Shown: one piece after another, positions 56,289 through 64,000 of the stretch
Layout of the letters: each line of letters begins with the position of its first letter
Numbering within the stretch: position 1 is the first letter of the stretch
The notes under the pieces: generated by a model
What the model saw: only the letters and a program-made list of their open reading frames with translations
What the model was told of the DNA's origin: nothing
Database searches by the model: none
Made by a program: the position numbers and the translations under genes
Assembly (NCBI GenBank): GCA_023264975.1
Contig: JAHFUS010000001.1
Coordinates: 61,113 to 125,112 of the forward strand
Reading direction: 5' to 3'
DNA from: Actinomycetes bacterium
GTDB taxonomy: Bacteria; Actinomycetota; Acidimicrobiia; Acidimicrobiales; GCA-2861595
DNA length: 64,000 bases

Positions 56289-57242
56289 GTGTCAGTCGTG
56301 ACAGGCGAGACGGAGAAGTACGAGCGGCTACTTCGTTCCGGCCGCGAGCGGTTGGCCACGGTGGGCACACAGCGACGCCCCCGCCCTGCCCCGGCGCCCA
56401 TGGGGCCGCAGCGCCGCGGCGCCAGGGCGTCCCTGGCGGTGCTCACCGTCCTCGCCGTCGGCGTCGTGGCCCATGCCACCGTCGTCAGCGGCCTCCAGCA
56501 CCGGTCGGCCCAGGTGCGCAAGCTCGCCGCCCTGCGCGCCTCACTCGCCGTCGGCACTGCGCCGATCAGCGACACCGATGCATCCGGGCACGGCCTCGCC
56601 ATGGGTACGCCAATGGCGTTGCTGCAGATCCCGGCCGCCGGCATCAAGGAGGTCGTCCTCGAGGGCACGACCTCGGGGGTGCTCATGTCCGGGCCCGGCC
56701 ACCGGCGGGGCACGCCGTTCCCCGGCCAGCCGGGCTCGAGCATCGTGTTCGGCCGGCGGGCGGCCTACGGCGGGCCCTTCAAGGAGATCGGCTCCCTCCC
56801 GCCGGGAGCCAAGATCACCGTGACCACAGGGCAGGGCGTGTCGATCTACAAGGTCATCGGCGTGCGGCGCGCCGGCGATCCGGCTCCCCCTCCCCCGGCG
56901 GCAGGGGCAGGGCGCCTCCAGTTGCTCACGGCTGCCGGAACCGCCTTCGTTCCGGAGGGCGTGCTCCGGGTCGATGCCGACCTCGTCAGCGACGCCTTCG
57001 CCGGAACGCCGGTCGGCGCCGGGGAATTGCCGCCCGCCGAACGGCCGCTCGGCACCGATCCGAGCACGGCATGGGCCCTGGTCCTGTGGCTCCAGGCGCT
57101 CGTCGCCCTCGTGGCGGGCACCACCTGGGCGTGGCTGCGCTGGGGCCACCATCCCACCTGGATCGCATTCGGGCCTCCCATGGTCCTCGTCGCCCTGGCG
57201 GCGATGGGCCAGTTCGTGCGACTGCTTCCCAACGTCCTTTGA
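56289..57242 (+). CDS. Sortase-fold-like membrane protein lacking the catalytic Cys and His
   Basis: LQIPAAGIKEVVLEGTTSGVLMSGPGHRRGTPFPGQPGSSIVFGRRAAYGGPFKEIGSLPPGAKITV..IYKV parallels the class E sortase core. The GHR position reads GRR and TLxTC reads LLTAA. The whole 317-aa ORF contains no Cys. It has an N-terminal TM and two C-terminal TMs. Confidence 0.6.
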   Translation: MSVVTGETEKYERLLRSGRERLATVGTQRRPRPAPAPMGPQRRGARASLAVLTVLAVGVVAHATVVSGLQHRSAQVRKLAALRASLAVGTAPISDTDASGHGLAMGTPMALLQIPAAGIKEVVLEGTTSGVLMSGPGHRRGTPFPGQPGSSIVFGRRAAYGGPFKEIGSLPPGAKITVTTGQGVSIYKVIGVRRAGDPAPPPPAAGAGRLQLLTAAGTAFVPEGVLRVDADLVSDAFAGTPVGAGELPPAERPLGTDPSTAWALVLWLQALVALVAGTTWAWLRWGHHPTWIAFGPPMVLVALAAMGQFVRLLPNVL

Positions 57243-57264
57243 CCCCAACGACCAGCAGGAGAGC

Positions 57265-58119
57265 ATGCCCGTGAGCACCCAGGAGATCGACATCGACCTC
57301 ACCGGCACCGCCGAGTCGCCGACGATCGGCGCCGCCGCACTGCCACCCGCCGGCATCGAGGCGCGCGAGATGTGCGCATGGTTCGGCGACCACTACGTGT
57401 TGGACCGCGTGTCCCTGGACATGCCAGACGGCCAGGTGACCGCCCTGATCGGGCCGTCCGGCTGCGGCAAGTCGACCTTCCTGCGCATCCTCAACCGCAT
57501 GCACGAGCTGATCCCCTCGGCCGCACTCGCGGGCGAGGTCCTGCTCGACGGCGTCGACGTGTATGCGCCGGGTCGCCGCCTCACCGACGCCCGCCGCCAG
57601 ATCGGGATGGTGTTCCAGAAGCCGAACCCCTTCCCGGCCATGTCGATCTACGACAACACCGCGGCCGGGCTCCAGCTCACCGGCGCCCGGCTCGACCGCG
57701 ACGCAAAGGACGACCTGGTGGAGGAGTGCCTCACCAAGGCGGGACTGTGGAAGGAAGTCCGGGACCGGCTCCGCCAGCCCGGCGGCGCCTTGTCGGGCGG
57801 CCAGCAGCAGCGCCTGTGCATCGCCCGCGCCCTGGCCGTGAGGCCCCGGGTGCTGCTCATGGACGAGCCGTGCTCCGCCCTCGACCCCACCTCCACTCGG
57901 CGCATCGAGCAAACGATCGGCGAGTTGGCGGCCGAGGTCACCATCGTGATCGTCACCCACAACCTGCAGCAGGCGGCGCGGGTCTCGAACCGCTGCGCAT
58001 TCTTCCTGGCCGAGCAGGGCACCCCCGGCGTCATCGTCGAGCACGGGCCCACCGACGCCATGTTCAACCACCCGCAGGACCCCCGCACCGCCGATTACGT
58101 GCACGGCCGCTTCGGCTGA
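57265..58119 (+). CDS. pstB: PstB-type ABC ATPase (second copy)
   Basis: [52 protein letters not shown], and C-terminal TADYVHGRFG. SD GCAGGAGAG. It is the last gene of the plus-strand surface-protein operon. Confidence 0.9.
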   Translation: MPVSTQEIDIDLTGTAESPTIGAAALPPAGIEAREMCAWFGDHYVLDRVSLDMPDGQVTALIGPSGCGKSTFLRILNRMHELIPSAALAGEVLLDGVDVYAPGRRLTDARRQIGMVFQKPNPFPAMSIYDNTAAGLQLTGARLDRDAKDDLVEECLTKAGLWKEVRDRLRQPGGALSGGQQQRLCIARALAVRPRVLLMDEPCSALDPTSTRRIEQTIGELAAEVTIVIVTHNLQQAARVSNRCAFFLAEQGTPGVIVEHGPTDAMFNHPQDPRTADYVHGRFG

Positions 58120-58131
58120 CCTCGCGTGGCG

Positions 58132-60900
58132 TCACGCCGACTTCGGTACAGGCACCCGCGGTCGGGCCCGGGCCAGCACCGAGCGCTGCCACCGGTCGTC
58201 GAGGATGAGCACTGCGAGCAGGCTGGCCAACCCGATGCCGAGCACGATCGGGACGGCGAATCGAATGAGCCCGGCGACATCCGAGGGAGTCGTTCCCCGG
58301 GCTGCGTGATCGGGATCGGGCTCGGGGGCCGCAGCGGGGGTCGGTGGTACCGACGGAGCAGGCTCGGAGGCAGTCGCCGTCGGCCGACGCGCCGGCACCG
58401 GCGGCGGCGCGGCGGGGGCTGGCGGCGGCTCAACGGCGGGGGCCGGCGGCTCAGCCGGCTGCGCTGGTGCCGGGGTTGCCGCCGGCGTTGCCTCGGGCGC
58501 AACGACCGCCGCCTCCTCGGGCTCAGGTGGGGCCGGGTCCCCGGCCCTGATCCGGGCGGCAGCGGCCAGCGCCTGCGTTCGCAGCTGGGCCGGGAGCGGG
58601 GCGTAGCCGCGCGGCAGCTGGCCGACGTCAAGACCCGGCGTCTGCCCGTCTCCGGCTGCGTAGGCGATGAAGTCTGCGTAATCGGTGCGGGCGGCGGTAT
58701 CGAGCGAGCGCGCCCGTGAGGCGCCGTAGACGACCATGGGGAGGGGGTATGCCCCAGGCTGCTTGGCTGACGGGTTCCCCACAGCCACATCGGGCACCGC
58801 TGACGGCACCATGGCCGCTTGGCCGGCCAGCAGACCGGCCTCATCGGCGACCACAAAGGTCCGATTGTCACCGGTGTCGCCGGCCCGGCTGAGCCGGGCC
58901 GTCTGGAGACCGAAGCGGGCGGCGGAGGCGACGTCGGTGACGGACATAAGTGCCCTGGTGCCCGGGAGCTGGGGGCCTCCGCGAACCCAGGCTGTGTCAG
59001 CCGATGTGGCGGCCCCGTTCTTATCCGTCCTGGCACCGTCATCAGCCACGCGCACGGCCTCTGCGGCAGCAGTCATGGAGTTCACATAGGGCGCCGCGTC
59101 AAGCATGCACAGGGGACGAAGCGGGACCGGCGGGTTTGTGGCGGGCAGGATCTCGAGCGACTGGTAGCAGATCGGGTCGCTCTTCGGATAGCTGTTCGGT
59201 ATCGGATCGGCGAACGCGACGCCCGAAGGATTGCGGTCGGCCCTGACGTTGTACACGGGGTTGACGACCATGCCCCACTGGTCGGGACCGCCGCCCAGCC
59301 AGGCCTTGGCCTCGGGATCCGCCAGCACCCATCGCCAGACTTCGTAAGCAGCGTCCCCCGTCGGCTGCTCCACCACGATCTTCCCCAGGTTGCTGGCCGT
59401 GCTCAGGGCCGCGAACTCCGGGTTGAACCGAACGAAGTCCGGGTCGGTCACGAGGTTGCGGGGGTTCGCACGGAGCCACGGGTACGAGACGGGGATGTTC
59501 GAAAACTGTGTCCCGTACGAGAGGCTCAGCATCTTGGCGACCAACCGGGGGGTGAGGTTGAGCGACGCCACCCGGACACCACTCAGGGCCCCCTCCTCCG
59601 GGTCCGTGGGCAGCCCGGTCCCTGGGTCGGTCCTCGGTACTCGCTCGATGTTGAAGCCGATGACGATCCCGGACAGCGCGAGCGGCGCGTAGGTGACGGG
59701 GTCATCCTCGTCCAGTCGGGCGGGGTCGACCGGGCGCGACATCACCGCCAGACCCGCAGCGCCCTGCTGGCCACTCACCAACTGCGACCTGGCCAGATCG
59801 TCACTCAGAGCCGTGTAGCTGAAGGGGGGTGACCCAGGATTGGCGCACAGACGGGGCTGCCAGCTCGTGAGCGCCCCGACGGCGAGTTCACTGCCGCCGA
59901 TCCGGCGCTCGTCGGCCCCGATGGCACAGGAGCTGTCAACGGGCCGGAAGTCCAGTGGCACGGAGATCCGGTTCCGCCATGAGGCGGCAGCCAGCGGCGA
60001 GGTGATGACAGGGTTCACGGGGTTGTCGTCTCCGGGAGGGTTCTCCTCCACCGCAGTGGCGCGGGGCACGACGACGAGCCAGCACCTCGGAACCTTGCGC
60101 TGGCCTCCGATGACCGGCTCGAGCTTCTGGCCACAGCCGAGTCCGGGCGCCTCGAGTCCGGTCTGTGCCGCGAACAACTCCGATCCGGATCCGTCCGGGT
60201 GCGTCCGGCCCACCACGATCTCGTTCGATGTGTAGAAGCTGAAGTAGGGGTTGCGCCACAGGCCTCCTTCGCCGGTGGCGTACGGGTTGTTCGCTGCGAA
60301 GTTGGCGCTGATGTTCACCACGGTGCCGTCCACCGCCCGGAACGGCTTCCAGATGAAGCCCTGCGCTGCGTCCAGGAACCCGTCGGAGGGGTTCGAAGGG
60401 TCATAGGTGGACATCGCGGACGTGCTCACCACCCGGCTGAGCGGCCAGTGCACAGCCACATTCAGGGAGCTGACCTGCGTGAGGTTCGACGAGTAGCCGC
60501 CGAATTGGCAGCGCTCGGGCGATGGCCCCGGGTTGTCGGGGTTGGTCTCGTCGTCCTCGCCCCAGCACTGGAAGATCTGGAGGAAGTTGCCGTACAGCGA
60601 ACCAGAGCGGTATATGGTGGGTTTCGCACCCGTCCAGGTCACCGACACGGCCTGGTTCACGAGGCCCCTCGTCTGGTTGACGGTGACCCGCAGGTCCTGG
60701 AACCCGCAGCCGTCCGCCGCCCCGGCGCACGGCCGTCCGGGCACCGTCACGGCCGAGTCCGTTAGCGTCAGCGAGGTGTCGGTACCCGCGCTGCCGGCGG
60801 TACCGGCCGAAGAGGGGAAGGCTGCCCCGACGGTGGCCGCAGCCAGGACGGCCAGCGTCGCCATCATGCCGGATCGCTTGCGGCGCAGGAGAACGTTCAC
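58132..60900 (-). CDS. Large (922 aa) secreted, C-terminally membrane-anchored protein with PBP/PstS-like C-terminal segment and Pro-rich stalk
   Basis: GTG at 60900 overlaps the pstS2 stop. Signal peptide MMATLAVLAAATVGAAFPSSAG. The segment before the stalk, AYPLPMVVYGAS..DYADFIAYAAGDGQ..LPRGYAPLP, parallels the PstS C-termini in this window. A roughly 90-aa Pro/Ala stalk, a TM and a basic tail follow. Confidence 0.7.
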   Translation of the reverse strand: MNVLLRRKRSGMMATLAVLAAATVGAAFPSSAGTAGSAGTDTSLTLTDSAVTVPGRPCAGAADGCGFQDLRVTVNQTRGLVNQAVSVTWTGAKPTIYRSGSLYGNFLQIFQCWGEDDETNPDNPGPSPERCQFGGYSSNLTQVSSLNVAVHWPLSRVVSTSAMSTYDPSNPSDGFLDAAQGFIWKPFRAVDGTVVNISANFAANNPYATGEGGLWRNPYFSFYTSNEIVVGRTHPDGSGSELFAAQTGLEAPGLGCGQKLEPVIGGQRKVPRCWLVVVPRATAVEENPPGDDNPVNPVITSPLAAASWRNRISVPLDFRPVDSSCAIGADERRIGGSELAVGALTSWQPRLCANPGSPPFSYTALSDDLARSQLVSGQQGAAGLAVMSRPVDPARLDEDDPVTYAPLALSGIVIGFNIERVPRTDPGTGLPTDPEEGALSGVRVASLNLTPRLVAKMLSLSYGTQFSNIPVSYPWLRANPRNLVTDPDFVRFNPEFAALSTASNLGKIVVEQPTGDAAYEVWRWVLADPEAKAWLGGGPDQWGMVVNPVYNVRADRNPSGVAFADPIPNSYPKSDPICYQSLEILPATNPPVPLRPLCMLDAAPYVNSMTAAAEAVRVADDGARTDKNGAATSADTAWVRGGPQLPGTRALMSVTDVASAARFGLQTARLSRAGDTGDNRTFVVADEAGLLAGQAAMVPSAVPDVAVGNPSAKQPGAYPLPMVVYGASRARSLDTAARTDYADFIAYAAGDGQTPGLDVGQLPRGYAPLPAQLRTQALAAAARIRAGDPAPPEPEEAAVVAPEATPAATPAPAQPAEPPAPAVEPPPAPAAPPPVPARRPTATASEPAPSVPPTPAAAPEPDPDHAARGTTPSDVAGLIRFAVPIVLGIGLASLLAVLILDDRWQRSVLARARPRVPVPKSA

Positions 60901-62651
60901 TACTTCCGCCGCCCGACGGCGCTCGCGGTGAGGGCCGGCGCCAGCACCACACCGAGGGCGAAGACGGCGGCGAGGACCATCAATGTCTGGTCCCCGCCCC
61001 AACCGGACTCGGTAGCCAACGTGAGGGGCGCCGCCACCGCCTGGCCGCCGTCGGCCACCGCAAGCTCCTGATCCACCTCGACGGCGCAATCCCCCGTATC
61101 GGCACACGACTGCACGGCTGGGGCCTCCGGGCCCGTGGCGACCAGGTTCCCGCCGCCGTCTGTGGCCTTCCTCGTCGTCCCCTTTGCCGGCGCCGTGGTC
61201 GCAGTGCCGCCTCCTGGGCCTGGCGCCGATCCGTTCGCCCTCGGTGCCGCTGCCGGCGCCGAGCCCGGCGTGGCGGCACCGGCGATCGTCGTAGTCGTCG
61301 TCGCAGCTGTCGCCTTCTTCACGGGAGTCGACTTCTTTGCCCCCCCTGTGCCGGTGGCGCACTGTTCGGGGCCCTGCTTGTCGCACGCCTCGGGCATCGG
61401 CGCCGTGGCCGCCAGCTTGTTGGGCCCGTCGGCGGCGAAGGTCGGGTTGTTGCAGCTCTCGACCTTGATGTCCTGGGCGGCCACCCCCGGGATCTTCAGG
61501 ATCTGGTCGAACCCGGCCCGCACCAGGTTGATGGGCATCGGGGAGTAGCCCAGGCTGGCCGACTGCTGCTGGCCCTGGCACATGGCGTAGTACGAGAAGG
61601 CGCCCAGGGTGTTCCCCTTCTTCTCGGTGAACTGGCCCTGGACCTTGGTGGGGATGATCAGGTACGAGTACGACGACAGTGGGTAGGTGCGCTGGTCGGT
61701 GTCGGCGTACACCTCCTCGAGCTGCTGGGTGAGGTAGGCCTCGGAGCTCTCGTCGGTGTTGATCTTGGCCTTGAGGAGCGACACGGCAACGTTGCTCGGC
61801 GTGGGCTCGGTGTAGTAACCGGCCGCATTCAACATCTTGGCCACAGGGAAGCCGGCGTTGAGGGCGTAGGAGTAGTTGACGTAGCCGACCGCACCGTCGG
61901 CGTAGCTCTGGGCCACGTAGCCGGCCACGCCCAGGTCACCGGCCTGGGCGATCATGCCCGGCACCGTGGGGTAGTACGAGGTGAGACCGCAGGCCGACCG
62001 CCCGGCACGGCGGCAGTACACCTCCCAGATGTCTCGCTGCTGGTCGATCATCCAGATCGTGAACTGGGCGGTCGACCCCGATCCGTCGGAGCGCACCACG
62101 GGCACGATCGCCTTGTCGGGCATGGTGAGCCCCGGGTTGTCCGTGGCGATGGCGGGGTCGTTCCACTTGGTGAGGACGCCGGTGAAGATCTTGGCGATGT
62201 TGGCGCCGGACAGCCGGAGGTTGGTGACCCGCTGCCCGTTGATCGTGAGGTTGTACATGAAGACGGTGCCGCCGGCCGTCACCGGCATGTAGGCGAAGCT
62301 CCCGGCCGGCGGGCGCTCGGGCGGCGACCCGTCCTCGGGGCGCGACTGGAACGGGATGTCGGAGGCGGCGAAGTCGACCGTGCCGTTGAGGAACTGGCGG
62401 CGGCCGTCGGAGGAGCCGGTGCCGGAGTAGTTCACTCGCATGCCGTACTGCTGCACGTCCCGCCGCCACTGGTCGACGGCGTTCTGCGACCACGTGGACC
62501 CGGCACCCGAGACGGGGACGTACCCCTCGGCCGATGAAGCCACATGTGGTACCAGGCCGAGGGAAGGGAGCACGGCGAACAGGGTGGCCAGACCGGCGCG
62601 GAGCACAACCCCGCGGCCTGCCCCCGAACGACCGAAAGCGCGTCTACGCAT
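60900..62651 (-). CDS. pstS: PstS-type phosphate-binding protein (second copy) with long C-terminal extension and TM anchor
   Basis: VSGAGSTWSQ, NYSGTGSSDGRRQF, VDFAASDIPF and VVRSDGSGST reproduce the E. coli PstS phosphate-ligand motifs. A roughly 190-aa extension follows (Cys pairs, Thr/Ala/Pro-rich), ending in TM + GRRK. Confidence 0.8.
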   Translation of the reverse strand: MRRRAFGRSGAGRGVVLRAGLATLFAVLPSLGLVPHVASSAEGYVPVSGAGSTWSQNAVDQWRRDVQQYGMRVNYSGTGSSDGRRQFLNGTVDFAASDIPFQSRPEDGSPPERPPAGSFAYMPVTAGGTVFMYNLTINGQRVTNLRLSGANIAKIFTGVLTKWNDPAIATDNPGLTMPDKAIVPVVRSDGSGSTAQFTIWMIDQQRDIWEVYCRRAGRSACGLTSYYPTVPGMIAQAGDLGVAGYVAQSYADGAVGYVNYSYALNAGFPVAKMLNAAGYYTEPTPSNVAVSLLKAKINTDESSEAYLTQQLEEVYADTDQRTYPLSSYSYLIIPTKVQGQFTEKKGNTLGAFSYYAMCQGQQQSASLGYSPMPINLVRAGFDQILKIPGVAAQDIKVESCNNPTFAADGPNKLAATAPMPEACDKQGPEQCATGTGGAKKSTPVKKATAATTTTTIAGAATPGSAPAAAPRANGSAPGPGGGTATTAPAKGTTRKATDGGGNLVATGPEAPAVQSCADTGDCAVEVDQELAVADGGQAVAAPLTLATESGWGGDQTLMVLAAVFALGVVLAPALTASAVGRRK

Positions 62652-63894
62652 GGGCTGGACCTCCTGAAGGTGGTGGGCTGGACCGGAGTCGCTCGTCGAA
62701 GCGGGCCATGTCACGGGCCGAAGCCCGCCGGATGCGCTGTGCCTGACGCTTCGACAGGTGGTCCGGCCCGTGGCCGCCGATGAAGCGGGCGATGACGAAC
62801 AGGGTGAGGATCAACAGCATGAGGAGGGCGGCGGTGGCGAAGCCGCGGGAGATCATCGCCGGCTGTGGGGACTTGACGAACTCGAAGGCGGCGAGCGGGA
62901 GCGAGACCATCGGGCCACTGGTCGGGTTTGCGTTGAGGGCGGCCGTGAACCCGGCGGTGAGCAGCACGGGCGCCGTCTCACCGATGCCGCGCGCGGTGCC
63001 CAGGATGACGGACGTGGCCAGCCCGGAGCGGGCCGTGGGCAGCACCACGTGCCACACCGTCCGCCATTGCGACGCGCCCAGCGCGGCCGACGCCTCGCGG
63101 AGGTTGCCGGGCACCAACCGCAGCACGACGTCCGACGCCCTGATGATGATCGGCAGCATCATCACGCTGATGGCCAGAGCCGCCGCCAACCCCGACTTCT
63201 CGCGGTGCAGGGCCAGGATCCAGGTGGCGTAGATGAACAGGCCGGCGACGATCGACGGCAGCGCGGTCATGGCGTCGACGATCGTGCGGACGAACCGGGA
63301 GAAGCGGCCGCCGATCTCGTTCAGGTAGACGGCGGTGGTGATCCCGAGCGGGACGGTGATGGCGAGGGCGATGCCGATCATCCACAGGGTGCCGACGACG
63401 GCATGCTTGACGCCCCCGACGGTGAGGGGGTCGAGGGGCCCGGCCCGCTGCATGTCCTGGGTGAAGAAGTTGGCGTGCCCGAGGGCCGACCGTCCCCGGT
63501 TGAGGGTGAAGAAGATGACGAACCCGAGGGCGGCGAACGTCGCCGTGGCGGCTGCGCTGAGGAGGATGGTCACGATGCGGTCCCGGACGGCGGGGCCCTC
63601 GTCGGTGAGCGACACGAGCACGCCGGACAGCACCACGAACATCACGAAGGCCACCGCGGCGAACCCGATGACGCCCGAGAACGGCGCCAGCCGGCCGAAG
63701 AGCAGGAAGGTGATCGACACGGAGGCGGCAGCGGCCCCGAGGAGGTTCCGCCGCTCGTCGCCCGTCGCGCCGCCGATGCGCCGTCTCGGCGGGACGGGCC
63801 GGTCGTGTCCCGGTTGCGCCGCCGGCACGACGGTGGGGCCGACGCTGTGGAGGGCGCGGGTCGGCCCGGGCCCGTTGTGCGTCACCGGTGCCAT
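62644..63894 (-). CDS. pstA: PstA-type phosphate ABC permease (second copy) with extended N-terminus
   Basis: IIRASDVVLRLVPGNLREASAALGASQWRT is an EAA-type loop. Six TM helices. ATG at 63894 lies 1 nt after the pstC2 stop. Confidence 0.8.
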   Translation of the reverse strand: MAPVTHNGPGPTRALHSVGPTVVPAAQPGHDRPVPPRRRIGGATGDERRNLLGAAAASVSITFLLFGRLAPFSGVIGFAAVAFVMFVVLSGVLVSLTDEGPAVRDRIVTILLSAAATATFAALGFVIFFTLNRGRSALGHANFFTQDMQRAGPLDPLTVGGVKHAVVGTLWMIGIALAITVPLGITTAVYLNEIGGRFSRFVRTIVDAMTALPSIVAGLFIYATWILALHREKSGLAAALAISVMMLPIIIRASDVVLRLVPGNLREASAALGASQWRTVWHVVLPTARSGLATSVILGTARGIGETAPVLLTAGFTAALNANPTSGPMVSLPLAAFEFVKSPQPAMISRGFATAALLMLLILTLFVIARFIGGHGPDHLSKRQAQRIRRASARDMARFDERLRSSPPPSGGPAHA

Positions 63895-63895
63895 C

Positions 63896-64000
63896 TCACG
63901 CCTCGCTCTCTGCGCCGGCGCGGGACCGTCTGACGACGATGGACGCACTGAAGTTCACGATGAGGGTGAGAATGAACAGGGCCAGGCCGGCCGCCATCAG
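63896..64000 (-). CDS. pstC: Partial CDS (5' end beyond right edge): PstC-type permease C-terminus
   Basis: Own translation: LMAAGLALFILTLIVNFSASIVVRRSRAGAESEA*. This is the typical last TM plus basic tail of PstC, directly upstream of pstA2. Confidence 0.6.
   Translation of the reverse strand: MMAAGLALFILTLIVNFSASIVVRRSRAGAESEA

Noticed and set aside
60901-61581. Upstream extension of ORF 58132..61581
   Set aside because: It overlaps the pstS2 C-terminal extension in another frame. The signal peptide begins just after GTG 60900.

Overview
Very GC-rich, gene-dense chromosomal window with actinobacterial-type content: Ku/LigD NHEJ, an InhA/KasA/AccD6-type FAS-II operon, SenX3-RegX3, PhoH2 and an Lsr2-type DNA-binding tail. 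All calls come from reading the ORF translations and DNA by eye and recognising motifs. No searches were run, and most start codons are provisional. I saw no rRNA, tRNA, CRISPR array, transposase or integrase. Layout: (i) 1-4.8 kb holds a partial Zn-ribbon/Kelch gene, then an NHEJ locus with LigD split into ligase and polymerase genes around ku, plus a divergent ERCC4 nuclease with an Lsr2-like tail. (ii) 4.9-7.6 kb holds lnt (catalytic Cys replaced by Ser), gtrA and fabI. (iii) 7.8-14.4 kb holds a near-complete FAS-II operon (fabD, BCCP-like ORF, fabH, fabG, acpP, fabF, accD) with divergent fabZ. (iv) 14.5-19.6 kb holds a membrane protein, a PLP decarboxylase and a PAS-GGDEF-EAL protein. (v) 19.7-41.4 kb is a phosphate/polyphosphate supercluster: ppk1, a rearranged MutT1-like pair, PhoH2, a divergent CYTH/CHAD pair, PP2C plus an RsbW-like kinase, ada, ppx, pstSCAB, three phoU paralogues, senX3-regX3 and surE. 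It carries clear 11-nt direct-repeat PHO-box-like sites upstream of pstS and in the senX3/phoU2 intergenic region. (vi) 41.4-51.7 kb is a co-directional minus-strand locus headed by an exosortase-EpsI fusion. It continues with a processive GT2 synthase, a GT-C glycosyltransferase, a GtrB-like GT2, a methyltransferase, an NHL-propeller protein, a decayed NHL paralogue and a GH5 lipoprotein. (vii) 51.9-64.0 kb is an atypical second Pst-like system, with pstC2-pstA2, a membrane-anchored pstS2 and a 922-aa PBP-related protein on the minus strand. These converge on a plus-strand operon that ends in pstB2. That operon also encodes a PBP-like protein, two near-identical tandem paralogues with different C-terminal sorting signals (PEP-CTERM-like versus LPRTG) and a cysteine-free sortase-like protein. 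Sections (vi) and (vii) together are my best candidate for an undescribed cell-surface sorting/glycosylation system.
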